Positions 43,201 through 52,421 of a stretch of DNA of 64,000 bases are shown piece by piece. This stretch comes from Candidatus Krumholzibacteriia bacterium (GTDB lineage Bacteria; Krumholzibacteriota; Krumholzibacteriia; Krumholzibacteriales; Krumholzibacteriaceae): assembly GCA_963836185.1 (NCBI GenBank), contig CAWIIQ010000001.1:832001-896000 (forward strand). Direction: 5' to 3'. Within the stretch, counting starts at the first letter, position 1. Each line of letters begins with the position of its first letter. Under the pieces are notes generated by a model, which was not told the DNA's origin, did no database searches, and saw only the letters and a program-made list of their open reading frames with translations. Position numbers and translations under genes: made by a program.

Positions 43201-43915
43201 CGAGACACTTGCCAACCTCGTCGTTCTTCTGAGGACCTCGGGGGCTTCGGCTGAACTCCTCCTTCCGAGGACGTTCTCCAATACGGCAGGTCTCGCCCTG
43301 GCCGGCGCCGATCCTGCGTTCGCACCTGGAAGGACCGCGCCTCCGGCAGAGGCTGCCGGTGTCCGCACGAGGAAGGAGCTGCTCGAGCTCCTCGAGAAGG
43401 GTGAGATAAGGGGCGCTCTCGTCATCGGCGAGGACCCGATGGCCTGGGGAGCTACGGGGACGTGGCTGCAGAACATCGAATTTCTCGCGGCAGTGGACTG
43501 GACGGAGACGGAGACGACAAGGTTCGCCGATGTGGTCCTTCCGGGATCGACATTCCTCGAGACAGCTGGAACGCGCTGCAACTTCGAGGGCAAGGTAGTC
43601 GAGTACAGCCGCGCGGTAGAACCACCCGCCGGAGTCTCGGGCAGGGAAGTGCTCGAAGGTCTGGCCGGCGAGTTCGGGCTCAAGGATGTCTCCGGTTCGG
43701 CCGGACAGCTGAGTTCGCTGGTCGAGAAAAATCTCGGCAAGCAGCTGCCGTGGTACTGGAACACGGGCCAGGAGCGCAAGGGCGGCGTCGATATGAAGCT
43801 GGCCGCGGCCGGTCTGGGTGCGGGCAAGATCGCGCTCATGCCGCCACTGACGCATACTGGCAGATACAGGAAAGAGATCCGCGAGGTGGGAACGGGACGT
43901 TTCAGAGTAAGGTGA
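40255..43915 (+). CDS. ~1220 aa fusion: [2Fe-2S] + GltD/NfnB-like FAD/NADPH module + 2[4Fe-4S] + NuoG/Fdh-like domain (StnC/NfnABC-type large subunit); one frameshift
   Basis: IPTLC..GSCFVC..SC, PC...CP, ICGRVC..C...C, GAGPAG, GGGNTAMD, YRR, FAGGD, RCLSC, KCILCARC, CVSCGNC, CAFCSLAC, ADVVLP; indel near 41443. Confidence 0.85.
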
Positions 43916-43919
43916 CAGC

Positions 43920-45905
43920 ATGCTGAAGCTGCAGAATTTCTTCGATTTCATGGAGGAAAGCTTCGATTATCTCCTCGTCCTTGACGAGAACGGTAAGGTG
44001 ATGCACGCGAGCGAAGAGATCGTCTTGGATGTCTTCCCCGACGCGGGGCCGCTTGAAGGGAAATCGATAGAGGACCTGCTTACGAGTTCTTCAATAGACA
44101 CTATCAGGTCGGCAATGATCCAGGCAAAAGCCGGAACGCGCGGAGTAGTGGTCCTCTCTACTGAGGATGATGGCTCCTCGACCATTCCGCTCAAGGCGGG
44201 GTATTTTATCGCCGAGAAAGGTGACGTCTATCCGCTCTTCGGCAACAGGCTCGAGGGACTCGTCAAGGGTGACGGATGGGAGAAGGACGAGAGGATCAAG
44301 GAGCTCGGCTGCCTTTATTCGGTCGCCGAGTTGATCGAGGTATCCTCATCGATCCCCGATTTCTTCATAAGGCTTCCAAAGACACTCGAACAGGGGATGC
44401 TCTACTCCGATGAGGTGGTCATCTACTCGAACTACCTGGGGCAGGAGTACGGGCAGAAACCATCATCGAAAAATCAGATCAGGGTGCCTCTCATAGTGGC
44501 CAAGGAAGAGAAGGGTGAGATCCTCGTCGGCTATCACGATGATACCCGCGACCTCCTTCCCGAGGAGCAGAAACTGCTCGACGAGATCGGCAGGATGCTT
44601 ACGGTGGCCCTCGAGAGGAAGGAATTCGGGGAGAAGCTCCATCTGATGGAGGAAGAGGAAGAGGACTACAACACGCGCCTCGACCAGTTGCGCACCGAGA
44701 TAGAAGCCAAGACCAGGGACCTCGAGGAGCAGAAGAGCAAGCTGAGCATCGTCGATTCGTATCTCGACCGCATGAAGGACGGTTGGGAGGAATCGAAATC
44801 GAGGCTCGAGACGATGTTCAAGGCGATACCAGACGACGTCGTCCTGATCGACAAGAAGCGCAAGGTCGTTATGACCAACCGTGAGGACATCGAACCTGGA
44901 AACTACTGCTACACGAGTTATTTCAACCGCGAAAAACCGTGCGAGGATTGCCGTCTCGCGAGGATCCTGCGCGACAAGATCCCCGTATCGCTGACGATGA
45001 AGGTCGGCGAGAGATATATCCAGGTCCAGGCACAGCCTGTTTTCAACCAGGACCACGAGGTCGACGGGATACTCGAGTTCTACCGCGACATCACCCTCGA
45101 GAAGACATACGACCAGCAGCTCCAGCAGGCCGACAAGCTCGCCTCGATCGGACAGCTCGTCAGCGGCATCGGCCACGAGATAAACAACCCGAACCAGTTC
45201 ATCCGCGGAAATATCAAGATAATCCAGCAGTCGCTCGAAGACATGCTTCCCATCGTCGATGATTACGTGAAAGAGCACCCCGACCTGAAGATCGCCAGGC
45301 TGAACTATGACTTCTTCCGTGAGCATATCATGACACTCGTCGATGACATGGCGCACGGATCGGAGAGGATCAAGGCGATCGTCGAGGGCCTCAGGACATT
45401 TACGCGCAAGGACGAGGGCCTTCTTGTCGACAAGGTAGATATCAACACGCTGATCGAGACGTCAGCGAGGCTCGTACACAACGAGGTCCACAAGCGTGCC
45501 GACATCGAGCTCGATCTATCGCCCGATGTCAAGACGTTCACCGGGAACTCGCAGAAGATAGAGCAGGTGCTGATCAACCTGATAGTCAATGCCAGCCAGG
45601 CTATTCCCGACGACCGGCGTGGGCTCATCAAGGTCGCGACCAATTACGATAACGAGAGAATCACCGTTCTCGTCGAGGACAACGGCAAGGGCATGAACGA
45701 GAGCACGGTGAACCAGATATTCAATCCGTTTTTTACCACGAAGAGGGCCAAGGGGGGCACAGGGCTCGGGCTGGCTATAGCCTACCGGATCATCGAGGAA
45801 CACAACGGGAAGATCCAGGTCAAGAGCAAGCCGGGTGTAGGGACCACTTTCATCATCAGGATCCCGACCCTTCAGTTCGAACTGCCTTCCGGGGAGCAGA
45901 AATGA
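43920..45905 (+). CDS. Cytoplasmic PAS-domain sensor histidine kinase (NtrB-like)
   Basis: N-terminal PAS-like region, coiled coil, second PAS with C-x10-C-x2-C, GIGHEINNP, NLIVNA, DNGKG, FFTTK, GTGLGL; no TM. Confidence 0.9.
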   Translation: MLKLQNFFDFMEESFDYLLVLDENGKVMHASEEIVLDVFPDAGPLEGKSIEDLLTSSSIDTIRSAMIQAKAGTRGVVVLSTEDDGSSTIPLKAGYFIAEKGDVYPLFGNRLEGLVKGDGWEKDERIKELGCLYSVAELIEVSSSIPDFFIRLPKTLEQGMLYSDEVVIYSNYLGQEYGQKPSSKNQIRVPLIVAKEEKGEILVGYHDDTRDLLPEEQKLLDEIGRMLTVALERKEFGEKLHLMEEEEEDYNTRLDQLRTEIEAKTRDLEEQKSKLSIVDSYLDRMKDGWEESKSRLETMFKAIPDDVVLIDKKRKVVMTNREDIEPGNYCYTSYFNREKPCEDCRLARILRDKIPVSLTMKVGERYIQVQAQPVFNQDHEVDGILEFYRDITLEKTYDQQLQQADKLASIGQLVSGIGHEINNPNQFIRGNIKIIQQSLEDMLPIVDDYVKEHPDLKIARLNYDFFREHIMTLVDDMAHGSERIKAIVEGLRTFTRKDEGLLVDKVDINTLIETSARLVHNEVHKRADIELDLSPDVKTFTGNSQKIEQVLINLIVNASQAIPDDRRGLIKVATNYDNERITVLVEDNGKGMNESTVNQIFNPFFTTKRAKGGTGLGLAIAYRIIEEHNGKIQVKSKPGVGTTFIIRIPTLQFELPSGEQK

Positions 45906-47251
45906 AGAAGATCCTCATTGTTGACGACGATACCGCCGTGACCAACTACCTGCTGGTCTTCCTCGTGCAGTCGGGGATATTTGAGCCCACCGTGATCAAT
46001 GATTCGAGAGAGGTCGAGGGCCGTCTCGACTCGGAATCGTTCGACGTCGTCCTGCTCGATATGGACATGCCGAACGTAAGCGGTATGGATATCCTGCACA
46101 AGATGAGGGGAAAGGGTGACGAGACCCCGGTCGTCGTGCTCACCGGTGTGAGCGACGTGACGCTGGCGGTCAAATCGATGAAGCTTGGAGCGTTCGACTA
46201 CCTGACAAAGCCTGTCGACGAGGACAAGCTGCTCGAGGTGCTCGACAACGCGATGGCGCACGGAGTGCTCAACAGGGAGATAGGTGATCTTCCCGTCGAA
46301 TTGAGCAGGAAGGACCTGACTCACCAGGCTGTATTCGAGCAGTTCGATACCCAGGACCCCGGCATGATAAGGCTCTTTCACCAGATAGAGAAACTGGCGC
46401 CGAGCGATCTCGGCATCTTCATATGGGGTGAGAGTGGAACGGGCAAGGAGGCGCTGGCCAGGGCGATCCACAACGCCAGTTCGAGAAGCGACAAGCCTTT
46501 TATCGCCGTCGAGGCTGATTCCCAGGACCCCGACAGGTTCTCGGGATTTTTCTTCGGCCAGGACAGGGACTGGAGCGGTTCGCGCGAGGAGGCTGCCGGC
46601 TTACTCGAGCAGGCCAACGGGGGCACCCTCTTTCTCAACAATATAGATGCACTGCCTCTTCCGATGCAGGTCAGGCTCAAGAGGGTCATCCAGAAGGACG
46701 AATTTTACAGGGAGAACTCGACGAAGATCAGGGAGATCGATGTACGCCTGATCGTCTCGTCGACTCACGACCTGACGCAGCCCGAATACAAGGCTACATT
46801 CTCGAGAGACCTTCTCTATCACCTGATGGTCAACTCGATCCAGATCCCCCCTCTTCGCGAGAGGCCGGGGGATATTCCCCTGCTGGCTAAACGTTTTCTG
46901 CGTGAGGAAATCGAAAAGACGGGGAGCAGGATCATAGGTTTTTCAGATGAGTTCCTCGCGTTGCTGAAGGACTACTCATTCCCGACAAATGTGCAGGAAC
47001 TGCGAACTATCGTAGCCCTGGCCGTTGCGAATGAGGAGTCGGACAGGATAACTGTAGATTCACTTTCATCTACGATACGGGAGAGGATCTCTCCCGAGGC
47101 AGCCGTCGAAGGACTGCCGTTCATGCCGAGGAAGCTCGAGGAAGTGATCAGGGAGCACGTCGCCAAGACGCTCGAATATTTCGGAGGGGACCGCGAGGCG
47201 GCAGCCAGGGAGCTCGGGTTATCGCTGGACGAACTGGAGGGTCACGTCTGA
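45902..47251 (+). CDS. NtrC-family response regulator with a degenerate AAA+ domain
   Basis: REC (LLDMDMP), GESGTGKE, PPLRER, Fis-type HTH; GAFTGA absent and Walker B is LFLNNI. Confidence 0.88.
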   Translation: MKKILIVDDDTAVTNYLLVFLVQSGIFEPTVINDSREVEGRLDSESFDVVLLDMDMPNVSGMDILHKMRGKGDETPVVVLTGVSDVTLAVKSMKLGAFDYLTKPVDEDKLLEVLDNAMAHGVLNREIGDLPVELSRKDLTHQAVFEQFDTQDPGMIRLFHQIEKLAPSDLGIFIWGESGTGKEALARAIHNASSRSDKPFIAVEADSQDPDRFSGFFFGQDRDWSGSREEAAGLLEQANGGTLFLNNIDALPLPMQVRLKRVIQKDEFYRENSTKIREIDVRLIVSSTHDLTQPEYKATFSRDLLYHLMVNSIQIPPLRERPGDIPLLAKRFLREEIEKTGSRIIGFSDEFLALLKDYSFPTNVQELRTIVALAVANEESDRITVDSLSSTIRERISPEAAVEGLPFMPRKLEEVIREHVAKTLEYFGGDREAAARELGLSLDELEGHV

Positions 47252-47393
47252 CCGAGCGGATAAATACTTGATTGGGGCATAATACGTCTGGTAGAAATGT
47301 ACTTTGCTTTTTGTACAATATTTTAAATTCGAAGGGGACGGGCCTCCTGTAACCCTTGAGTTTTCAATCGATCAACGATAGAAACGGTCTACA

Positions 47394-48221
47394 ATGAACA
47401 AGATTGTCGAGAAGGAATTCATATCACCGCAGGTCTTCCGTATGGCTGTGGACGCGCCCGATATCGCGAAAAAGAGGAAGGCAGGACAGTTCATCATGCT
47501 TCGAACGTGTGAAGCGGGCGAACGCATACCTCTCACGATCGCCGATGCTGACGCGGAGAAGGGTACGATCGAACTGATCGTCCAGATCGTAGGGAAGTCC
47601 ACCCTGGAGCTGTCAAAGCTCGAGGCGGGAGACGATCTCTGTGATTTCGTGGGACCGCTGGGAAGGGCCACTCACATCGAGTTGTTCGGTACTGTGATCA
47701 TAGTAGGAGGCGGGGTGGGGATAGCCCCCTCCCATCCGATTGCGCAGGCGATGAAAGCCGCGGGCAACAACGTGATATCGATCCTCGGCGGGCGGTCGAA
47801 GGATCTCGTGATAATGGAAGACAAGATGACTGCCTGCAGCGACCGTGTCATGATCACGACGGATGACGGCTCGTACGGTGAGAAGGGGCTCGTCACCGAC
47901 GCCCTGCAGAAGCTTATCGATGAGGGGCTCAAAATCGACATGGTAGTCGCTGTAGGCCCTCCGATCATGATGAAGTTCGTGGCCCTGCTCACGAAGAAAT
48001 ACGATATACCGACGCTGGTCAGCCTCAACACGATCATGGTAGACGGTACCGGGATGTGCGGTGCGTGCAGGGTGACCGTAGGCGACGGCACCAAGTTCGT
48101 ATGTGTCGACGGCCCCGAATTTGACGGGCACAAGGTCGATTTCGACGAGATGATGAAGCGCCAGCGCATGTACGAGGTGCAGGAAAAAGAATCGATGGAC
48201 CGGTACGAGTCCTCGCAGTGA
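47394..48221 (+). CDS. nfnA: NfnA, small subunit of NADH-dependent ferredoxin:NADP+ oxidoreductase
   Basis: GERIPLTIAD, GPLG, GGGVG, TDDGS, MVDGTGMCGACRV, CVDGPEFD. Confidence 0.93.
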   Translation: MNKIVEKEFISPQVFRMAVDAPDIAKKRKAGQFIMLRTCEAGERIPLTIADADAEKGTIELIVQIVGKSTLELSKLEAGDDLCDFVGPLGRATHIELFGTVIIVGGGVGIAPSHPIAQAMKAAGNNVISILGGRSKDLVIMEDKMTACSDRVMITTDDGSYGEKGLVTDALQKLIDEGLKIDMVVAVGPPIMMKFVALLTKKYDIPTLVSLNTIMVDGTGMCGACRVTVGDGTKFVCVDGPEFDGHKVDFDEMMKRQRMYEVQEKESMDRYESSQ

Positions 48222-48271
48222 TATCCGTTACGCCAAGAAGGAGGTAGCGGCCGCGAGCGGCCGCGGGTGAT

Positions 48272-49714
48272 ATGGAAGAAGAAAAGAAGCTGACAGCAAA
48301 GGAGAGATTGGCGATACCGGTCCAGGCGATGCCCGAGCAGGACGCGAAGGAACGGGTTCACAACGTTGAGGAAGTACCTCGAGGATATTCCGACGAGCAG
48401 GCGATGACCGAGGCAACCAGGTGCCTCCAATGCAAGAAGGCGCCGTGCGTCCAGGGCTGCCCAGTCGAGATCAACATACCGGGATTTCTCAACGCGATAG
48501 TCGAGGGCGATTTCCGTGCCGGAATCGATATCATAAAAGAAACGAACATCCTGCCCGCCGTCTGTGGACGTGTCTGTCCGCAGGAAGAGCAGTGCCAGGC
48601 CTACTGCATCGTCGGCAAGAGCCTCAAATCGACAGATCTGGCCGTTCAGATCGGCAAGCTCGAGCGTTTCCTCGCCGACTGGGAGATGGACAAGAGCGAG
48701 ACGAAGATGCCCGAGATAAAGCCTTCAACGGGCAAGAAGGTCGCAATCGTCGGCTCCGGCCCTGCCGGCCTGACCGTAGCGGCCGACGTTCGGCGCGAGG
48801 GGCACGATGTCACGATCTTCGAGGCTCTTCACAAGCCCGGCGGAGTGCTTATCTACGGCATCCCCGAGTTCCGCCTTCCGAAGAAGATCGTCATGAAAGA
48901 GGTCGACAACCTCGAACGGATGGGCGTCGAGGTAAAATACAACTACGTCATAGGCAAGATCTTCACCGTCGACGAGCTTCTCGAGGAGGAGGGATTCGAC
49001 GCGATATTCATCGCTACAGGCGCGGGGCTCCCGATGTTCATGCGCATTGCCGGCGAGAACCTCAACGGTGTCTATTCGGCGAACGAGTTCCTCACCAGGG
49101 CCAACCTGATGCAGGCTTATTCGTTCCCCGAGACCGACACTCCGATCGCCAGGTCGAAGAATGTGGCCGTATTCGGTGGCGGAAACGTCGCTATGGATTC
49201 TGCCCGTACGGCCCTCAGGCTCGGCGCGGATAACGTCTACCTGGTCTATCGCCGCTCGAAAGCGGAGATGCCGGCGAGGGTCGAGGAGGTCCATCACGCC
49301 GGTGAGGAGGGGGTCCAGTTCATGCTTCTCCAGAACCCGCTCCGCCTGATCGGCGATGAGGACGGATGGGTAAAGCAGGTCGAATGCATCAAGATGGAGC
49401 TCGGCGAGCCAGACGACTCGGGCAGGCGCCGCCCCGTTCCCATACCGAACAGCGAGTTCACTATCGATGTCGATACGGTCATAGTCTCAATCGGTAATTC
49501 GTCGAACCCGCTTATTCCCGACACCACGCCCGATATCTCGACAAACAAGTGGGGTAACATCACTGTCGATGGAGCGACGATGAAGACGAGCAAGAAGGGC
49601 GTATTCGCGGGCGGCGATATCGTCCTCGGAGCTGCCACCGTGATCCTCGCCATGGGCCAGGGGCGCAACGCAGCCGCGTCGATCAACGAGTATCTCGAGT
49701 CGGGTAACTGGTAG
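48272..49714 (+). CDS. nfnB: NfnB, bifurcating large subunit (GltD-like)
   Basis: RCLQC..PC..GCP, CGRVCPQE.QC, GSGPAG, YGIPEFRLPK, SANEFLTR, GGGNVAMD, FAGGD. Confidence 0.93.
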   Translation: MEEEKKLTAKERLAIPVQAMPEQDAKERVHNVEEVPRGYSDEQAMTEATRCLQCKKAPCVQGCPVEINIPGFLNAIVEGDFRAGIDIIKETNILPAVCGRVCPQEEQCQAYCIVGKSLKSTDLAVQIGKLERFLADWEMDKSETKMPEIKPSTGKKVAIVGSGPAGLTVAADVRREGHDVTIFEALHKPGGVLIYGIPEFRLPKKIVMKEVDNLERMGVEVKYNYVIGKIFTVDELLEEEGFDAIFIATGAGLPMFMRIAGENLNGVYSANEFLTRANLMQAYSFPETDTPIARSKNVAVFGGGNVAMDSARTALRLGADNVYLVYRRSKAEMPARVEEVHHAGEEGVQFMLLQNPLRLIGDEDGWVKQVECIKMELGEPDDSGRRRPVPIPNSEFTIDVDTVIVSIGNSSNPLIPDTTPDISTNKWGNITVDGATMKTSKKGVFAGGDIVLGAATVILAMGQGRNAAASINEYLESGNW

Positions 49715-49742
49715 ACCTGTTTTTACATGAGAAGTCAGTCAG

Positions 49743-49772
49743 GGGAGGCGCCTTAAGGCGTCTCCCTTTTTT
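49743..49772 (+). terminator. Intrinsic terminator of nfnAB at a convergent junction
   Basis: GGGAGGCGCC-TTAA-GGCGTCTCCC-TTTTTT. Confidence 0.75.
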
Positions 49773-50859
49773 CGGCCAGGAGCTGCATCAGCAGGCCCGA
49801 AGAGTCGAGGTATCTGGCGATCTCGTCAGCTACGATCCCGACACCGTATGGGTTCCAGTGGTAGTTGTCGGCAAACTCGAAACGGCGGCCGTTCGCGCGG
49901 TACTCGCTCGCAAACCGCTCAGACATGTCGATAAAATGGACGCCTGTCCTGGCGCATACTTCCCTATATATAGGGACATCTTCGAGCGGGGCCGGCTCAC
50001 CACCGCTCTCGTAAGTCATGCGCCGGTCCGAGTCCAGCAGTACGAGGACGGGGACGCCGGGATTCTCAGCCTGGAGCCTGGTAAGTGTCAGTTCCAGTAT
50101 TTCCCTCTTCATCTCTTCCTCACGGGCTCGTTTATCAGGGTCGACAACTACGGCCGCGTCCTGGCCAGCTTCCTGGACTATCCCCCCGCCCAGGGTGATG
50201 TTGGCGTTGAAGAAGAGGTACCGGATAGTGGCGCTCCAGCGCAGCAGGCGGTTCTTGCGCGATACCTGGAAAGGAGAAGGTTTCCCAAGAACGTAGCCTG
50301 TGTCGGCGAGGGCGAACTGGGCCGAGTAGGGTACGAATTTCAGGTCGTGTATGCTGTTGTGCAAGCTCGAGTGATTGGCCTGTACGAGGAGCATCTGCGG
50401 AGAGAAATGATATCGGGCAAAATCGGCTACTTTCAGGCACTGCGAGAAAGACATCCCCGAGGTCCCCAGGTTGTAGACGGCTACCTCGTCCGAGAGATTC
50501 CTCTGCAGGCAGGCGCTCAAATGAGCGTCGACATCACTGTAGAGACCCTGAAGGTACGAATTGCCTATTGCGGCAATGCAGGGCCGCCGCCTCGTTCCGG
50601 CAGCATGGAAGTTCTCCGCCGCATTGGCGCCATAGTTGTTGATGTGCCACCTGAAGGCCGGGTGGCCGAAACGCCCGAGGGTATGGAGGCCCGATCGCGC
50701 GGAGGTCGTGTCGTGAAGCATGATCATGAACTCCGGATCCTGGTATCCTCTCGGCACGTCTGACGCCGGCACGATCGTACGGAAGAATACCTCCAGGACG
50801 AGAAGGGCCAGGATCGAGAAGCCGAGTAGTCTGCCGAGAAAAGCACGCATGATCTCCAC
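49753..50859 (-). CDS. SGNH-like periplasmic acyltransferase partner (AlgJ/PatB-like)
   Basis: N-terminal TM, IGNSY, NLGTSG, DNYHWN; directly downstream of the MBOAT gene. Confidence 0.7.
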   Translation of the reverse strand: MEIMRAFLGRLLGFSILALLVLEVFFRTIVPASDVPRGYQDPEFMIMLHDTTSARSGLHTLGRFGHPAFRWHINNYGANAAENFHAAGTRRRPCIAAIGNSYLQGLYSDVDAHLSACLQRNLSDEVAVYNLGTSGMSFSQCLKVADFARYHFSPQMLLVQANHSSLHNSIHDLKFVPYSAQFALADTGYVLGKPSPFQVSRKNRLLRWSATIRYLFFNANITLGGGIVQEAGQDAAVVVDPDKRAREEEMKREILELTLTRLQAENPGVPVLVLLDSDRRMTYESGGEPAPLEDVPIYREVCARTGVHFIDMSERFASEYRANGRRFEFADNYHWNPYGVGIVADEIARYLDSSGLLMQLLAEKRETP

Positions 50860-52293
50860 CTAGAATTGGAAGTATATGAACTGCTGGGAGCCGAATCTCC
50901 CGCACAGGATTATAGCTATTATGACGACGAGATACAGGATCCAGCGCAGAACCGCCGGCAGATGTCCGATGTCGAGCCCATACTGCCTGGTCCGGAGCGG
51001 CCATTCCACGATAAGCGGGATCAGGGCATAGAGCAGGGGTGTTCCATAGGCCATATAATCGAGCCCCAGGTAAGGCGCCTGGACGATCCGTGCCAGAAAC
51101 GCTCCCGCGGCGGGGATAGATTGCGTACGGAATATGGCCAGGCCCAGGAGAACCAGCCCGAATGTCATCAACATGTTTATTGCCTCACGCGGAGAAGGCA
51201 GGAGGCGGCCCTCCGCGACAGTGTCCATGTGCTGTCTCTGTTTGTTTCTGAGCATCAACGGGATGTAGTAGAGCCCGTTCAATGTGCCCCACAGGACGAA
51301 GTTCCAGTTCGCGCCGTGCCAGAAGCCGCTGATAGTGAATGTGATGACGATGTTGAAGATCTGCCTGGCGCGGGAGACGCGGCTGCCGCCCAGTGGTATG
51401 TAGAGGTAGTCCCGGAACCATGTCGAGAGTGAGATATGCCATCGCCGCCAGAATTCGGCGATGTCACGGGAATAGAACGGATAGGCGAAGTTACGCATGA
51501 GGTCGAACCCGAAGAGACGGGAGACACCGATGGCGATATCAGAGTAGCCGGAGAAATCACAGTAGACCTGGAGAGTGAAGAGAAAGACCCCGATCGTCAG
51601 TACGATGCCGTCCTGTTGGCCAGCACTATTGAATATTTCCTCGACGTAGGGAGCCATGTTGTCTGCCACGACCATTTTCTTGAAGAATCCCCACAGCATC
51701 TGGCGCATTCCATCACTGGCAAGAACGGGGTCAAAGACCCTTTTCTTGTGGAATTGCGGCAGAAGGGATTTAGCGCGTTCGATAGGCCCGGCGACGAGTT
51801 GAGGGAAGAAGCTTACGAAAGCGAAGAATGCGATCGGATCGGATGAACTTTTTATCTTCCGCCGGTAGATATCGATGGTGTAGCTCATCGTCTGGAAGGT
51901 ATAGAAGCTGATTCCGACAGGGAGGATGATCTTCAGGACGGGCAGGTTCGGCTCGAGCCCCAGCCATTTTAACAGGGCAGCCAGAGACGCGATAAAAAAG
52001 TTGAAGTACTTGAAAAAACCCAGGATACCGAGGTTTACCACCATGCTCGTAACGAGAAGGGCCTTGCGCCGTGATTCTGCTTCGGTTCGGTCCAGAGCCT
52101 GGCCGATCGTGAAATCGACCAGCGAACTGATGAAGATCAGGGACAGGAATCGCCAGTCCCACCATCCGTAGAACACATAGCTGGCGACGATAAGGAAAGC
52201 GTTCTGCAGGCGTATCCGCTTGTTGCCGATAAGCCAGTAGAGGACAAAGACCAAGGGCAGGAAGATTGCAAAAGCGAATGAGTTGAACAGCAT
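50860..52293 (-). CDS. MBOAT O-acyltransferase (AlgI/DltB family)
   Basis: MLFNS..F..F, LPVGISFYTFQ, FFPQLVAGPI, DFSGYSD, FWRRWHISLS, SGFWHGA, FIYFQF. Confidence 0.95.
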   Translation of the reverse strand: MLFNSFAFAIFLPLVFVLYWLIGNKRIRLQNAFLIVASYVFYGWWDWRFLSLIFISSLVDFTIGQALDRTEAESRRKALLVTSMVVNLGILGFFKYFNFFIASLAALLKWLGLEPNLPVLKIILPVGISFYTFQTMSYTIDIYRRKIKSSSDPIAFFAFVSFFPQLVAGPIERAKSLLPQFHKKRVFDPVLASDGMRQMLWGFFKKMVVADNMAPYVEEIFNSAGQQDGIVLTIGVFLFTLQVYCDFSGYSDIAIGVSRLFGFDLMRNFAYPFYSRDIAEFWRRWHISLSTWFRDYLYIPLGGSRVSRARQIFNIVITFTISGFWHGANWNFVLWGTLNGLYYIPLMLRNKQRQHMDTVAEGRLLPSPREAINMLMTFGLVLLGLAIFRTQSIPAAGAFLARIVQAPYLGLDYMAYGTPLLYALIPLIVEWPLRTRQYGLDIGHLPAVLRWILYLVVIIAIILCGRFGSQQFIYFQF

Positions 52294-52421
52294 GCGAACT
52301 ATTTCCTCTGGAGGATCATTAAGATGTGACCTGCCACCAGTTACTGTGCCCTGCGAGAGTTCTATCGCCTCTCATGTTAGATTACTGATTATATCCATTT
52401 CTGGCCTGCAATGCCACACTT

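Noticed and set aside
37946-43915. [FeFe]-hydrogenase HydABC, formate dehydrogenase or respiratory complex I
   Set aside because: No H-cluster motifs, no evident Mo-ligand Cys/Sec or C-terminal molybdopterin-binding domain, no membrane Nuo subunits; the large subunit carries a GltD-like NADPH module instead.
40231-43951. Long antisense ORFs (40231..41946, 42533..43951) and similar shadow ORFs such as 1252..1899, 2846..3934 and 54032..55231
   Set aside because: They overlap well-supported genes, lack motifs, and are expected from high-GC codon bias.
47300-47335. Rex operator upstream of nfnA (TTGTACAATATTTTAAAT)
   Set aside because: Too many mismatches to TTGTGAA-N4-TTCACAA; could simply be AT-rich promoter sequence.
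48219-48270. TGA ending nfnA followed by a stem-loop (CCGTTAC / GTAGCGG): possible selenocysteine and SECIS
   Set aside because: Read-through gives an unconvincing tail that overlaps nfnB out of frame, NfnA already has all its motifs, and the hairpin does not clearly fit bacterial SECIS geometry.
48272-49714. Glutamate synthase small subunit
   Set aside because: No gltB nearby and it is directly preceded by an NfnA-type gene, which indicates NfnAB.
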